A DNA stretch of 64,000 nucleotides, taken from Camelus ferus (taxonomy: Eukaryota). The stretch covers positions 10,666,001-10,730,000 of the forward strand of contig NC_045696.1 of the NCBI RefSeq assembly GCF_009834535.1, given 5' to 3'. Below, piece by piece: positions 23,488-35,686 of this stretch; positions within the stretch are counted from its first letter, which is position 1; every line of letters starts with the position of its first letter. The notes beneath the pieces are model-generated. The model was not told where the DNA came from. It saw only the letters and a program-made list of their open reading frames with translations, and searched no databases. The position numbers and the translations under genes are program-made.

Positions 23488-24892
23488 ATAACATCTTAAC
23501 CATTTTTAAGTGTACAGTTCAGTGGCATTAACTGTATTCATCTTGTTGTACAATGGATTGCTGGAACTTTTTTGCACCTGTTGGATTTTTAAGCCCCATC
23601 ACCACAGCCTCACAGGCACCGGGTTGCAGACATCCGAAGAAGAGGAAGGGCCCTTACACGTGGGAGGCACGTAATAAATTTCCTTAATGAGTGGACACAC
23701 TAAGCTGTGTAATGAAAGCCTTGTTCATGACCCAGCCCAGTCCCTGGGCCCCCTACAAATTTTGTAACGTGCTTTTTGCTGTCTTCTGATAATTGTCCTT
23801 TTACAAAAAGACTTTTTAGTCACTTGGATTCTTTGATCTGTTTCTTTAGGCAGCTCTGGATTTGATTTCTAAATAATCTTCTAAACCTTCGTGTTGAACC
23901 TTAATGCTTATGGAGCCTTAGCAATCTCCCAGTTCTCCCAGGACTTAGTTCAGTGCCTGGTGTACAGTAGGTGCTTCATAAATATTTGATGAACGAATGA
24001 ATCACTCAGTGGGTTTTCAGTATTAACGAGGAGGTGAAAGGACAACGTGTGAGTTCTAAATGCCACTTACACCAGTGGCCTTAGTCCCCTGCCAGAGATT
24101 ATTGCCCAAGAAAAGCTGATGGGATGTTGGGGGCAATGTGCAGAGGACCAGGGGGCCAGGGACCCCTGACCTGGAGGATTCATCTTTGGAATGAGAGCTA
24201 AGAAACTCTTTGGAAACAGAAAAGGTGGGGCAGCCTGGGGAGGACTGAACTGGGGGTTGGTCATCTAGAGGAAATGCCCCACCCCCACCCCTTTGTTTCA
24301 AAGCAGCTGAGCGTTGGACTGAAGTCTGCCTACTTGGGAGCCCGAGGAGGAAGGCGGTGGGGCAACAGATTCGGGCAGGGCAGGCAGGAGCTGCAAAGCC
24401 TTGTGGGAGGAAGTGTTGCAGGAGAACAGAAACTGACTGTGGTCTGGCTTAGGGATTCAAGACATCTGGAAAGATATTGGAGGAGAGGGCGGGATGACAT
24501 ATTAGTAAATTATGAGAGGACTGGGGAGAGGCACTAGAGCATTTGGGGACATGAACCTGTTTCTTTTGGCTAAAATAGAGCATGACTTGTATGTTTGTAC
24601 ATATCCTTTTAAAAAATGAGAAAAGAGCCTAAAAGCGTTTGCAAGGAACCCCTGGGATGACAGTGTGGAGGGAATGAAGTTTGGGCTAAGGAGCAAGAGA
24701 GAGCCCTTACTTACTTAGAGATGGTGTGTCTGTAGCAGGTAGGGGTGAGGGGGCAGCTTCTGAGGCTAAGGTCTAAGGCAAAGCAGGAAAAGGCAAAACT
24801 ATAAAGTCAGTGATTTTGTTTTTACTGTCCCCCACCTCACTATGGACAAATGGTTCAATTCCAGGGGTAGATCAAGAAGCCGTTTCTTTGTA

Positions 24893-24992
24893 GGAGAGGA
24901 ATATAGCTCAGTGGTAGAGCGCATGCTTAGCTAGCCTGAGGCTCTGGGTTCAATTCCCAGTACCTCTATTAAAAAAAGAAGAAGAAGAAGAA
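24893..24992 (+). mobile_element. tRNA-Ala-derived SINE (camelid Vic-1-like)
   Basis: GGAGAGGAATATAGCTCAGTGGTAGAGCGCATGCTTAG...GGGTTCAATTCCCAGTACCTCT plus A/(GAA)n tail; same family as the copy at 3.6 kb. Confidence 0.85.
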
Positions 24993-27171
24993 TGTGGGTG
25001 TTAGCAATGATGTGGCTACAAGGTACTGAAATTCAGTGCGCCCTGACAGCCGCCAGGACCCTGGCCCAGGAGAGGTGCTAGGGTCACATTTGCTTGTCAC
25101 TGTAGTGGACTTTCTGAGCACAGCACTGGAGCAGAAAGTTTGGGGGGGGATAGCTGGAAATCCACCTGCCAACAGAATTCACTATATATGCCCTGTAGGC
25201 CAATCGAATCCTTTCTCGGGGCCTCAGTTTCTTTGTTTTTGAGATGGGGTCACTGGTGTAGCTCACTGGATCGGCACCACCTGATGATTATAACACACGC
25301 ATCCGTGGTATCAGAGATGCTGACTCAGTAGGTTTGGAGTCGGACCCCAGTGTGAATGTTAAGAACGAACAAACAAACCACCCAGGTGGTTTTGATGCAC
25401 AGCCAGTTTTGTGAGTCACCATCCCGTGGCAGGGGGGCAGGTCTCACTCTTCACCATGAGTAGCCTTGCTCTTTCCATAGTCAGAAGGATGTCAGAGTTC
25501 TCTGAGCAGAATAAACCCAAGGGTGGACTAACTTTTAGTGTCCCCCAATTCCATGCTCAAATCGGCTTCATCTTTCAGGGCCAGTTTAAATCCCCATCCT
25601 TCCTGCTGCCTTCCCCACCTTTCAGACCCCGAGTCTGTTCTTGCTTTTTCCATCTCCTGAATCAATCATCACTCATTGATGGTTTCGGACGTGTGGAACA
25701 ACATGATTTGCTGTAATCATCCAGCCTGTTGTCTCTCTGGCTGGCTTTCCCAGAAGGGCACGCTCCTCGCTGGGAGATCCTTGTCTCCCAACCTGACACC
25801 GTGGGTACTGACTTCAGTTGGACTGCTTCTACATGTGTTGGCCAGGTCAACGAGCCATCGCAGTATGGCTGATCACCACTTAGCTTATTGTCAGTTCAGC
25901 TAAGCTAGCATCTGCTCTTGGGTCCTTTCCAGTGGGTCATGTTATAGTTTGTTAATTTTAGTCACCTTCAGGCAAATCTCCTGTGCGTTTATTCCTTGTA
26001 ATTTCATTAGCCTGGAGGGTTAGGTTTGTTCCATGACTTGTTAAATTTCTCAAATTGTATGTATTCTTGGAACATTTCTGCTCTGATTTGGGGGGAAAAA
26101 ACAAAAACTGTGTGACATCCATTCTCCTGGTCAGAGTCACGCTTTTCTTATCCATTGTTAGTTAGATTCTCTCATTCCAGGAAAAAAAAAAAAAAGGAAA
26201 GGAATTAACACTCTAAATTAGGAACATACATATGGAGGAAGGCGGAGAGAGTTGGGGGTGCTGGGGGTGGAGGAAGAAGCGAGGGCTGGGGGAGCAGCAC
26301 CGTAAGCCAGGTGGAGAAACTCAGCTTCTACTGCATCGTGTTTCCGTGTTTTCCAATCTCCTGACCTCTTGCCTCTTCTCTGGTATTGTTTTAGGGTTCT
26401 TAAAAAAAAATCATAGTAATGCCAGTTATAATGTTGACGTGCTGGGGATAGGAGAATGCCTGCAAGAGAGGTTTTGGAGACGGAAATATGCTCTATGTCA
26501 TCTTGCATGTGTCCAAATCTGGTGCCTATCCGTTGCTTTCTAACAGAATTTTACTGATCTTCTAAGTGATTCAGCAGGGTGTGCTGGTCATGCCTTTAAG
26601 TAAAGGTTCTTTATCTATTGATTCTGATAAAGTGGATTCTGGATGTCGACGGTGCAGGTTTAAAAGCAGCCGAGCTCTTTCTAATTGCAGAAGCGAGGCT
26701 TTTGTTGGTGGCTCTGAAATAGGCACGACTCCTCTGTCTGCGCAGACGCGTCTGGGCACAGACTCCTTCGCTGATTTCTTCTGTCTGGTTTTCCCCTGGG
26801 AAACTGCTCATCACCCAGCAGCAGAAGTCACGGTGGAAGTTAGACTCCTACGAAGAAGATTTGAAGAGGGAGATTTTCTTGTCACTTTGTAAAACGGACC
26901 CTTCGCTGCCCTGAGCGGTCTTTGTGGCACTTCTTTCCCCTGCATCCTTTTCCAGGGGAGTCGTTATCTGTTGTGCTTTAATTACGCTCAGGATGGTTCG
27001 GCTCTTCCACTCTGAGGGATTGTAATACTTCCTCCCAGTGTACCGTGCTCACCTGATTTCCCTCTAATCTCATAAATCTCCTTCCACCAAGTCTTAATCC
27101 AGCAGTGATTAGCTTTCCCTGTGTCCATTTTTCATGACATTGGAATTTTTGTATAAAATGTTCCATAGGAG

Positions 27172-27372
27172 ACTGTGGTTGATAATAATGTGCCCATGTT
27201 GATTCATTGATTGTACCAAATATGCCACACTGATGAGAGATGCAGAGGGTAGGGGAGGATATATGTGTGGGTGGGGAGGGATATATGTGAACTCTGTATT
27301 TTCTGCTCAATTCTGCTGTGAATCTGAAACTGCTGTAAAAAAACAAAGTCTATTAATCAAAAAAAAAAAAAA
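27172..27372 (+). mobile_element. LINE-1 3' end (L1MC-like) with poly(A) and TSD
   Basis: GAACTCTGTATTTTCTGCTCAATT...AAAGTCTATTAA plus A-tail. TSD AAAATGTTCCATAGGAG (27155-27171) / AAAAAGCTCCATAGGAG (27368-27384). Confidence 0.85.
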
Positions 27373-27439
27373 GCTCCATAGGAGCGATGTCTATAATTGC
27401 TTTGAGCAAGTCTTCGGTCAACACTATTAAACGTGAAGA

Positions 27440-27708
27440 TCAACTAAATACAATATGTTACCATGGATTTTTTACCCTCCACTCTTCATTGGAACAAAGA
27501 CCATTAGTGGGAAAACTGGTGAAATCCAAACAGAATCTGTCGTTTGGCTAATAGCAGGGTTAATTTCTTAATTGTGCCAAATGCTCCAAGTTTACGTCAG
27601 ATGTTAACATGAAGGGAAGCGGCCAGAAGGGTGTATGGGGACTCTGTACTATTGGGGCAACTTTTCTGTGAATCTGAATTTATTCCAAAGTGAAAAGTTA
27701 ACTTAAAA
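27440..27708 (+). mobile_element. Ancient LINE-1 3' end (L1MC4-like), source of a local duplication
   Basis: CAACTAAATACAA...CATTAGTGGGAAAACTGGTGAAATCCAAA...GCAACTTTTCTGTGAATCTGAA. Confidence 0.75.
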
Positions 27709-28274
27709 GTGAACGTTTTTTCAGTAACATAAAATTTAGAGGGTACTTTTTGATGTGCCGGTATAAAATGATCTCTGAACGCCTGGGATATTGCACCTCA
27801 CCACCAACTACGTGCTCTCTGGGCTTCCTTATCAGTAAAATAAGAGTAAAAGGACTCCTTGAACCAGCACACCTGGAACAATGCCTAACCCCTGGTAAAA
27901 GGGCCCAATCACTGTGACTTTTTCTTATTAATTCAATTTCACTGAAATAAGTCTATACTTGGAGAATCATATCATCATGGAGTGTCTCTTAATTTTAAAC
28001 AGTTTCCATGCAGGACACCAGATGAGTCAAGCTTCTCACATTTTGGGGTCTAACCTTCTTGGTTCCAAAAAGTATTCCGGAGTTATCTAGGCAAAATCAC
28101 CGTATCTTCCACTCTTATTGCTCAGAGTTCAGGGGCAAGGGCCCACTAATGGAAAGAGGTTTAGGACAGTTAAAGACTCAGGTCCAAACATGTGGCCTTG
28201 GGTGACTTTTTTCTCCTTAGTTCCCTTACCTGAGTGAGTGCTTGCCTCAACGTGAGTGTTTCATGGAAGAAGAG

Positions 28275-28489
28275 AAGGGCTTGTCAACTGGGAGCAATTT
28301 TGTTCTCCAGGAGACATTTGGCAGTGTCTGGAGACCTTTTCAGTTGTCCCAGCTGTGGGTAGGGAGCCTCCAGCACCTAGTAAGAAGAGGCCAGGGATAC
28401 TAATAAACATCCTATCATGCACAGGGCAGTCACTCATGAGAGAGAATTATCCAGCCCTAAATGTAATGATGCTGTATTGAGAAACCCTG
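28275..28489 (+). mobile_element. MER20 DNA transposon
   Basis: GACATTTGGCAGTGTCTGGAGAC...AGAGGCCAGGGAT...AGAATTATCCAGCCC...TTGAGAAACCCTG. Confidence 0.85.
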
Positions 28490-29192
28490 AGTAGAGTGGT
28501 CAACCATCTCATTGGCACAAGAGCACTTTTGCAGGTGAGGTTGTACGAAGTCTATCTTCCATACCCAGAGAATGTGCTTATCTGCAGTAGATCTTGGGAA
28601 CAATTAAAGAACTTTCCAGATGGTTGGCAAAGACCATGGAAAAGTTTCTGTAGACAGTAGGCATACCTTCTAAAACAAAGACTTTGAAACTCAGATCTTC
28701 GACTATTTGAATAAGGGGAAAATGTGGGCAATTAAATAATAATGTCAGCCCCCCCCACCCCAAAATTATGTGCTTTTCTTGACTATGCATAAGGTACTAG
28801 TGCTCCTGATTTAGGTTGGAAGCTAAAAATGAAGAGGAAGGTAAAAATTAACAGAGTTTTGGGTCTTGGGGGTGGATTGGGGAGGAGGTGAAGGTTGGAG
28901 AGTAGTGATGAAAAGACTGTCTTGCGAGACTATAACAAACTGGCCAATATTTTAAACTCTGATCCTTCCAAATTCTGATGATCTTAATTGGCACTGAATG
29001 ATGGGTTTTCCTGCTGTTAGAATCAATACAAATAATGTTTTATGGTCAAAGACATACTTCTGACTTTGAGGAAACTCTCTGCATTTTGGGCCTGGCCCAG
29101 TTGTGTTGGTTTAAGCAAGGGAAGCACAACAATTAATGATGCCCCTGGGAAGGTCTGACCGCCAGAGCATCCTGCAGCCTCTTGTCCCAGAA

Positions 29193-29401
29193 CTGCACTG
29201 TCCAGTACATAGCCACTAGCGGCATGTGGCTATTTAAATTTAAATTAATTAAAACTAAATAAACTTAAGAATTCAGCTCCTCAGTCACACTGGCCACACT
29301 GTAAGTGCTCAAAGGCCACGTGCAGCTAGTGGCTACCATATTGGGCCACTACAGATATAAAACATTTCCATCCTTGCAGAAAGTTCTAGTGGGCAGTGAT
29401 G
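29193..29401 (-). mobile_element. MER3-like hAT-Charlie DNA transposon
   Basis: CTGCACTGTCCA...AGCCACTAGC...TTTAAATTTAAATTAATTAAAA...GCTAGTGGCTACCATATTGG...GCAGAAAGTTCT, with internal inverted repeats. Confidence 0.85.
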
Positions 29402-29646
29402 CTGGAGTCTAGAGCTTTCCTATTGCACATCCAGGCATCTCACCAGGAAAAGAACTTGCCTGACGGGACACAATGGAGCAGTGATCCATCAACGAACCTC
29501 TTTTAATGCACCAGGTAAGCCCTGATCAGGTAGTTCAAAAAGCCGAGGGGAATGGCTGGTGGGAAATTAATTGTTAGGCAGAACAAAAACCTATACAGAT
29601 AACTCTTAAAAAAGTGATGAGTGAGGACAGGGGGCAGGATGTGAAT

Positions 29647-29891
29647 CATGGATTTTTTTACCCTTCACTCTTCTCTGGAACAAAGACCATTAGTGGGAAA
29701 ACTGGTGAAATTCAAACAGAATCTGTCGTCTGGTTAATAGCAGGGTAACAATGTTAACTTCTTAATTGTGCCAAATGCTCCAAGGTTACGTCAGATGTTA
29801 ACAAGAAGCGAAGCTACCAGAAGGGTGTATGGGGACTCTGTACCATCGTGGCAACTTTTCTGTGAATCTGAAGTTATTCCAAAGTGAAAAG
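29647..29891 (+). repeat. Near-identical direct copy of 27462-27697
   Basis: Manual alignment gives ~16 substitutions and 2 indels over ~240 bp. Confidence 0.95.
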
Positions 29892-30222
29892 GAGACACCT
29901 TTAATTTCTTTATTAGGCAGAGCTAGAAAGATCTTAGGTCATCAGTGATGCAGGCAAATATAAATTTAGTGGCACTTGGTAAAGTCCCTTCAAACATTGC
30001 TGATCCTGGCCGTGTTATTAAACAAGCTGACACTTCTCAGTCATCATAGTTCAATCTCTCCATCCAGCTTCCATCATGTTGCTCTGGGGGAGGTCGGATT
30101 CCACTGGATTCTGTGTGCCTTATGCGAGTTAGAGGGTTTTTTCCTTTTCTTTTGTAACACAGTGCGAGCAAAAGTGTGCTTTCAGGGTGAGGCTCTTTCC
30201 CATGGGTGACAGGCCAGGTGGG

Positions 30223-30283
30223 TAAGTTGAAAAAAAAAGATGTTTTCAGCATAAGTTGAAAAAAAAAAAAGATGTTTTCAGCA
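30223..30283 (+). repeat. Tandem duplication TAAGTTG(A)nGATGTTTTCAGCA x2
   Basis: Copies at 30223-30251 (A9) and 30252-30283 (A12). Confidence 0.9.
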
Positions 30284-30779
30284 ATGAGCTCCAAATAGGC
30301 TGTGGACTCTGAGTCTGGCTGAGCCTGACCCCACACAGATACAAAGGATACAGAGATTAGGAGGGTAGCTTCTCAAAGGCTGGGCGTGAACAAGAGCCCA
30401 AGTCAAACATGGTCAACTGACAGGTGAATAGCTCCCTGGGGACAGGGGCTGGTTCAGGCCACCTAATGAGTTGAAAGGGGTCACTTAGAGGCCTCTGGGC
30501 TCTGCTCCGTAACACTGAATGAGTATGCCAAGCTCAAGAGACCATTTCCCATCTGTGAAATGGGGATAACGGATAATGTACATTCCACTGGCTTCTCATT
30601 TTAAACGAGGTTATGAGTGTAAAATGTCAAAGGCCCAGCAAACCAGCAGGTGCTACAGAAATTCACTCTTTCCCCCACCACTCATGTGGAAATTCACCCC
30701 TTTTCCCTTAGAAAATGGATTTCATCCTGTGTTTTGTCCACAACAAGCATTTATTGGGTGCACATGGTGAACCAAATGC

Positions 30780-31410
30780 TGTCACAAAACCAAATGTGGG
30801 TCTGCTTGCCAAGTGCAGTAAAGCCAATCTATTGACACCGGGCAGTGGTGAAGGAAAGTGCAGCGTTTACCACAGGGCACCAAGCAAGGAATCCAGGCAG
30901 CTAGTGCTTAAAAGGCCTGGACTCCTCCAAGGCTTGCACGGAAAGGTTTTTAAAGACAGTGTGAAGGAAGGGGGTTGTGGGCCTGTGATCAGCTTGTGGA
31001 CATTCTTCCGGTTGGTTGGTGGTGAGGCCATCAGGAGTCAACATTATCAACCTTCCGGTTCCAGCCCCTCTGGGGTCTACGTGTTGGTGGTCAGCATACA
31101 GGCAACTTCTTCCATCTGGTGGGGGTTTCAGTGTCTGCAAAACAGCTCAAAGGACATGGCTCAGAATATTAGGTATAGCCTGTGAGGAGGAACTAAAAGT
31201 GCTTGACTTTGTTTAATAGCTAAATTATTATTATTTGTCTTGCTTAACTGTTCTCCTTTCTTTCTGCATTTTCTCACTTCTCTGATTAAATTCAATCTTT
31301 GGAACTCTGGAAAGCCCAGGAGACTAAGAGATACAAGAGGCAGGAGGACATGGGTGGGTGGAGGGGGCAGTCTTTTCCAGGGGGGCCCCCCAGCGTCCTG
31401 CTCAGTTTCA
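30780..31410 (-). mobile_element. ERV1-class solo LTR, 631 bp
   Basis: TG...CA termini (TGTCAC / GTTTCA) and 4-bp TSD ATGC (30776-30779, 31411-31414). TATA-like CTTTAAAAAC on minus. Interrupts an L2-like tail (CAACAAGCATTTATTGGGTGC). Confidence 0.8.
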
Positions 31411-31456
31411 ATGCTGTTGATGCCAAGGTCTTTGAGTGACCTTCCTGCCTCAGCTC

Positions 31457-31912
31457 TGTGTGGCTTGGCCCTGTGTCCCCCAGTATCTGCTCTCCCCTTG
31501 TTAGTAATAGGAGTTTTAGTTAGCACATAGCCACCCAGAAGAAGGCCACATTTCCAACCTCCTCTGCAGTTAGATGTGACCATATGACTCAGTTCTTCCT
31601 TGAGGACTATGAGCTGAAGTGACATATGCCACTTCTGTGTGTAGGTAAAGGGAAAAGAGGGCCCACCCCTTCTCCAGTCCTGTTTGCCAGAATACAGTCA
31701 TGACAGCGGGTTTGGAAGAACTCTCCTGGTCACAGGTGGGGGCTGTGTGTTGAGGACAGCTGAGCCACAATGGGGAAGGAATGTGGGTCTTTGATACCAT
31801 CAAGCCTCCAGACCAGCCCTGGACAACGTCCCCTGGACTTTAACTTCATTTAACTTGTACTGTTGTGGAGCTTTCTTGGTTACAGTGCCTAGCCTGTCCC
31901 CTAACTGATACA
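31457..31912 (+). mobile_element. Old MaLR LTR (MLT1J/K-like)
   Basis: ACATTTCCAACCTCCTCTGCAGTTAGATGTGACCATATGACT...CCAGCCCTGGAC...CCTAACTGATACA. Confidence 0.7.
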
Positions 31913-33797
31913 CCCTCAACGCCCCTCCCCAAAGCCTACTTCTGGCTGGCATGGCACTCGCCCTGTTAAGTCTCATGTTCTCTCTCTCCTTGGCCTGCCC
32001 CGCACCCCTTCTAGGTCGAGTCTGCCAGTTCCAGGCTCATGGTGCCCTACTATAAATAATACTTTATAGACTGACCTGTGCTAATGGCTTCCTGTTTATT
32101 CCCCCCCTCCAGCAAATGAGCATGTTTACAGGGCTTTCTGGAGACACACACTTATCCCAAACACCGGCATCAACAGGAGGAATGCTGCACAGACCGCTCG
32201 TGGGGAGAGGCTGGGGAACGTACCAACTTCCTGGGGCTCCCTGCATGAACGCCATAAAGCTTACACCAACTTTGAAGACCGAATGGCAGGGGCATGCCTG
32301 CTTATCTGTTTCAGAGAGTCAGAGGCTAGGGGTTTATAGTCCTTTCTGGCCCCTTTTTGTGCCTGTGGGTGCTTCCCTGCCCTGTGTGGACCTGGGGTGG
32401 GTCTCTGAGCTACCGCCCTCCCTGTGCTACTTTCCTCCTGGGAGGCTTTGCTCAGAGTGAGTCCTGGTGTCCAGAGCCGGGGCCGTGAGCGGGAGAGTGG
32501 GCAGGGCTGATGAGCTCAGCCTGGCATGGTGGATGGGGAGACAAAGACGGTCTTTGATGGTCCTGCCTCCTTTCCTGGGACATGTGAGCCTCAAGATGTC
32601 AACTCAGCCCAATCTGCTCAAGGCTTTGCTTCAAGGTAGGGGTGGGAAGGGCAAAAGTGCTGGCTAATGTGGGTTTTCTTCTCATGTGAAGGGAAGCAGG
32701 GACGGACCTCAGAGGAGGCCAGATGCATCTCATTTAGCTAGGTTTCCAAAGGAATTTCTTTGGACTCTTCGTAGTTGCAAGAAAGCTGGGTTTTGTTTGG
32801 GTTTGGGTTTGGGTTTGAGGGGTGGTTTCCTCTCTCTCTTTAAGTGACTGAGATGTGGGGAAGGAGAGAAGACAGACTCCTCAGAGGAAAGGATGGAAAA
32901 TTAGAACTACACCCAAAACACCAATCCTGGGTCTAGAAGATGGAAAACGTGAGAAGTGCCCATGAGCTAACACACTGGAATAACACTGCATGTGTCTCCC
33001 TTCTTCTGACTTTCAAGCGTATGAAAATACGTTTCCACTCTGCTTCTGCAACAGGGTTCAAACCAACCAACACCCGCCCCCCTCCACTTGAGTGATTCCT
33101 TTGCACTGTTGCTCTCCCCATTGTGCCCCTTACGGCAGAAGGGGCACCGCCCGCCTCCCAGGGACAGCCATCATCTCTCCAAAGAGAAGCAGTGTTTTGA
33201 TCACTGGACAGAACTGGGAAGAAGGCTGGGGCTCTGCGTGCTGACCCAGGCAGGCGCCGCCCGGGTGTTCTCACAGCCATCTGTTGCGGCCTGTATTGCA
33301 TGAGCACATTAGCACATGGCCGCCCCGCCAGCAGACTCCACATTGTTCTCCCGGCCGACTTGGTCCAGCCGACCTCAACAAAGGGGGCAGTTTTGCATTC
33401 GGGATAAATACAACCACTGAACAGTTTTTTTTTTTTTTCCTTAGGACATGTCATGTTAAGGTTTATGCTGGCTGTCTGCATTGAAAAGTTGCAACCCCCC
33501 TGCCCACCCCCTCCCACACGTATTCGTTCTGTTTATGACTTTGTGGGAGCTGCTAATTTGCCAGGAAATGTTTTTCCTCTTTCAGATATGCTCTCATCAG
33601 AAAGATTCATCAAATTGAAGACTTGCCTTTTTTTTTTTTTTTTTTTTTTTTAAGCTGAGAAGTTTGCCTCCCTAAGGATTAGGGCAAGTTGTCCAATTCT
33701 GAATCCATTTAATTGTAAGGTCAATCTGAGACCTCAAGGTCTGGATCCTAATTATGCTCAAAAACTAACCCAAGGGACTCAAGGAAGAAGTAGAGAA

Positions 33798-33848
33798 TGT
33801 TACAGTTTTAGTAAGTTGGTTAAGTGTTACAGCTTTAGTAAGTTTGTT
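33798..33848 (+). repeat. 27-bp-period tandem duplication
   Basis: TGTTACAGTTTTAGTAAGTTGGTT / TGTTACAGCTTTAGTAAGTTTGTT. Confidence 0.85.
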
Positions 33849-34092
33849 GATCCTAACTAATAAATTATTTCAGAAAACCCCTTATTTGCTCCCCATCCCA
33901 AGACCCATACAAGACCAGCCTCCAAGATTTGGCTGTTTTTTTTAAAAAGCATTTTGGGGAAGGCAGAGTTCAACAGTACACTTTTCCCAGAATCAGATTC
34001 TGCTTGTGTTTTCTCATGTGGGAGCCCCAGTGAAGCTTTGTGCCTCTTCTGCACTGGTTAGGAAAGGGCTTGGTGGCAAAAATCCTCCTAAT

Positions 34093-34300
34093 GCATTCAT
34101 CCCATTCATTCATTCATTCCATTCATTCACTCAACCGTTGTTTAGTGAGCTCTTACTATGTGCTGGACACTGTTCTACATCAGTGATCAGGATGAACAAA
34201 GATCACTGCCTCCTGGAGCTTATATGCCACTGGGGAAGACAGACAATAAACACCAAATTTAATAAATCAAAAAAAGAAACAGTATGGAGAAAAGAACAGT
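34093..34300 (-). mobile_element. L2 3' end fragment
   Basis: (CATT)n then ACTATGTGCTGGACACTGTTCTA...GATGAACAAA...TGCCTCCTGGAGCTTATA. Confidence 0.7.
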
Positions 34301-35259
34301 GAACAGAGTAAGGAAATTGAAAGAGCCAGGGCAAGGTTGGAGTATTGGAAAGGAAGAAGCTAAATTATTATCTCAATTGACAGAGTTTCCATATTCCAAA
34401 GAGAAACATAAAATATCCTTGAGATAATGGTACCTTTCCTAGATTAAAGTCAGCCCCACCCAGTTCAATTCCAATTGGAATAATCAGTTGACTGACCCCC
34501 TCCAATTAGGTTAGGTCTCAAAGCTCTTAAATGGTTAGAAAGAGCTTATTTCTTAACCCTGTTTCTGTATGTTTCCAACCTGCCCAAAGCAGGAGATGGG
34601 GTAACAGGGTGGTAAATGTGCTCTGAATGAAAGATGGAGATCACAGGAGTCAGGAGATCAATTTGTGCAATCCCCTGATTTGTGTTGAATCCTCATGATC
34701 TAGTTCAATGTCCACTTCTTAAAATGTGGCTCTTAACTGTATCATAATGAGGAGCTGTATATGCCACAAGTAAGTTGGCCATTTCATCACCAAGTCACAA
34801 GTGATGAGAGTCTGGCTGAGTGTTTAATAAGGGAATAACTCACATAAAACTACCCACTTCAGCCAGGCTTCTCACTAAGATTTGACCTCTCTCAGACCCA
34901 AAAGTATAGATTTCTTAGGCAGACCTGATCTACTGGGGTTCCTGTCAAGCCCCAGGGCAGTTTTTTGAATGGGTCCTTGACACTGGGTTACAGCTGGCAG
35001 GAAAGGCGTGGGGCTTCTTTCTTTGAGTGGCAGGGAGGACTTCAGAGTTGGGAAAATTTGCAAAGGGTCAAAACTTGGAACGGCCCTTGCCAAACTTTTC
35101 ACTTTATAGATGAGTAGGTCAAGGCCCAGAAAGGTGAAACAACTTGCCTTAGAACACCCAGCCTCCTCTGAATTTTTAACTCCTAGCCCAGGCTTCTTTT
35201 CATCATGGCGAGTCACATGCAGTGGCCTGAGGAGTTACTCAGAGGTAAATGAGACTGTT

Positions 35260-35686
35260 AGCAGATGAGTGGATGAACAGAATGCAGTACATACATACAA
35301 TAGCATGGTATTCTGCTTTAGAAGGAATGAAACACCAACACAGGTACAGGGTGGATGAACCTCAAAATCATCATGCTAAGTAAAAAAAAAATTAGACACA
35401 GAAGGAACATATTGCATGATTCCATTTATACAAAATGTCTAGAACAGGTAAATCCATAGAAGCCAAAAACAGATTAATAGTTACCAGGGGCTGAAGGGAC
35501 AGGGCGTGGAGAGTAACTGCTTAATGGGTTTTACTTTGGGGTGATAAAAATGTTTTGGAACTAGAGAGAGTAGAGAGAAGCAGTGATTGCAGAACACTGT
35601 GAATGCCACTGATTTGTTCACTTTAAAATGGTTAATTTCATGTTACAGGAAATTTCACCTCAATGAAAACAACCAACCAAAAGAAG
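35260..35686 (+). mobile_element. LINE-1 3' end fragment (L1MB-like)
   Basis: GGATGAACCTCAAAATCATCATGCTAAGT...ATGATTCCATTTATA...CACTTTAAAATGGTTAATTT...TCACCTCAAT. Confidence 0.85.

Noticed and set aside
30715..31625. 154-156 aa ORFs
   Set aside because: They lie within LTR sequence and show no gag/pol/env motifs.
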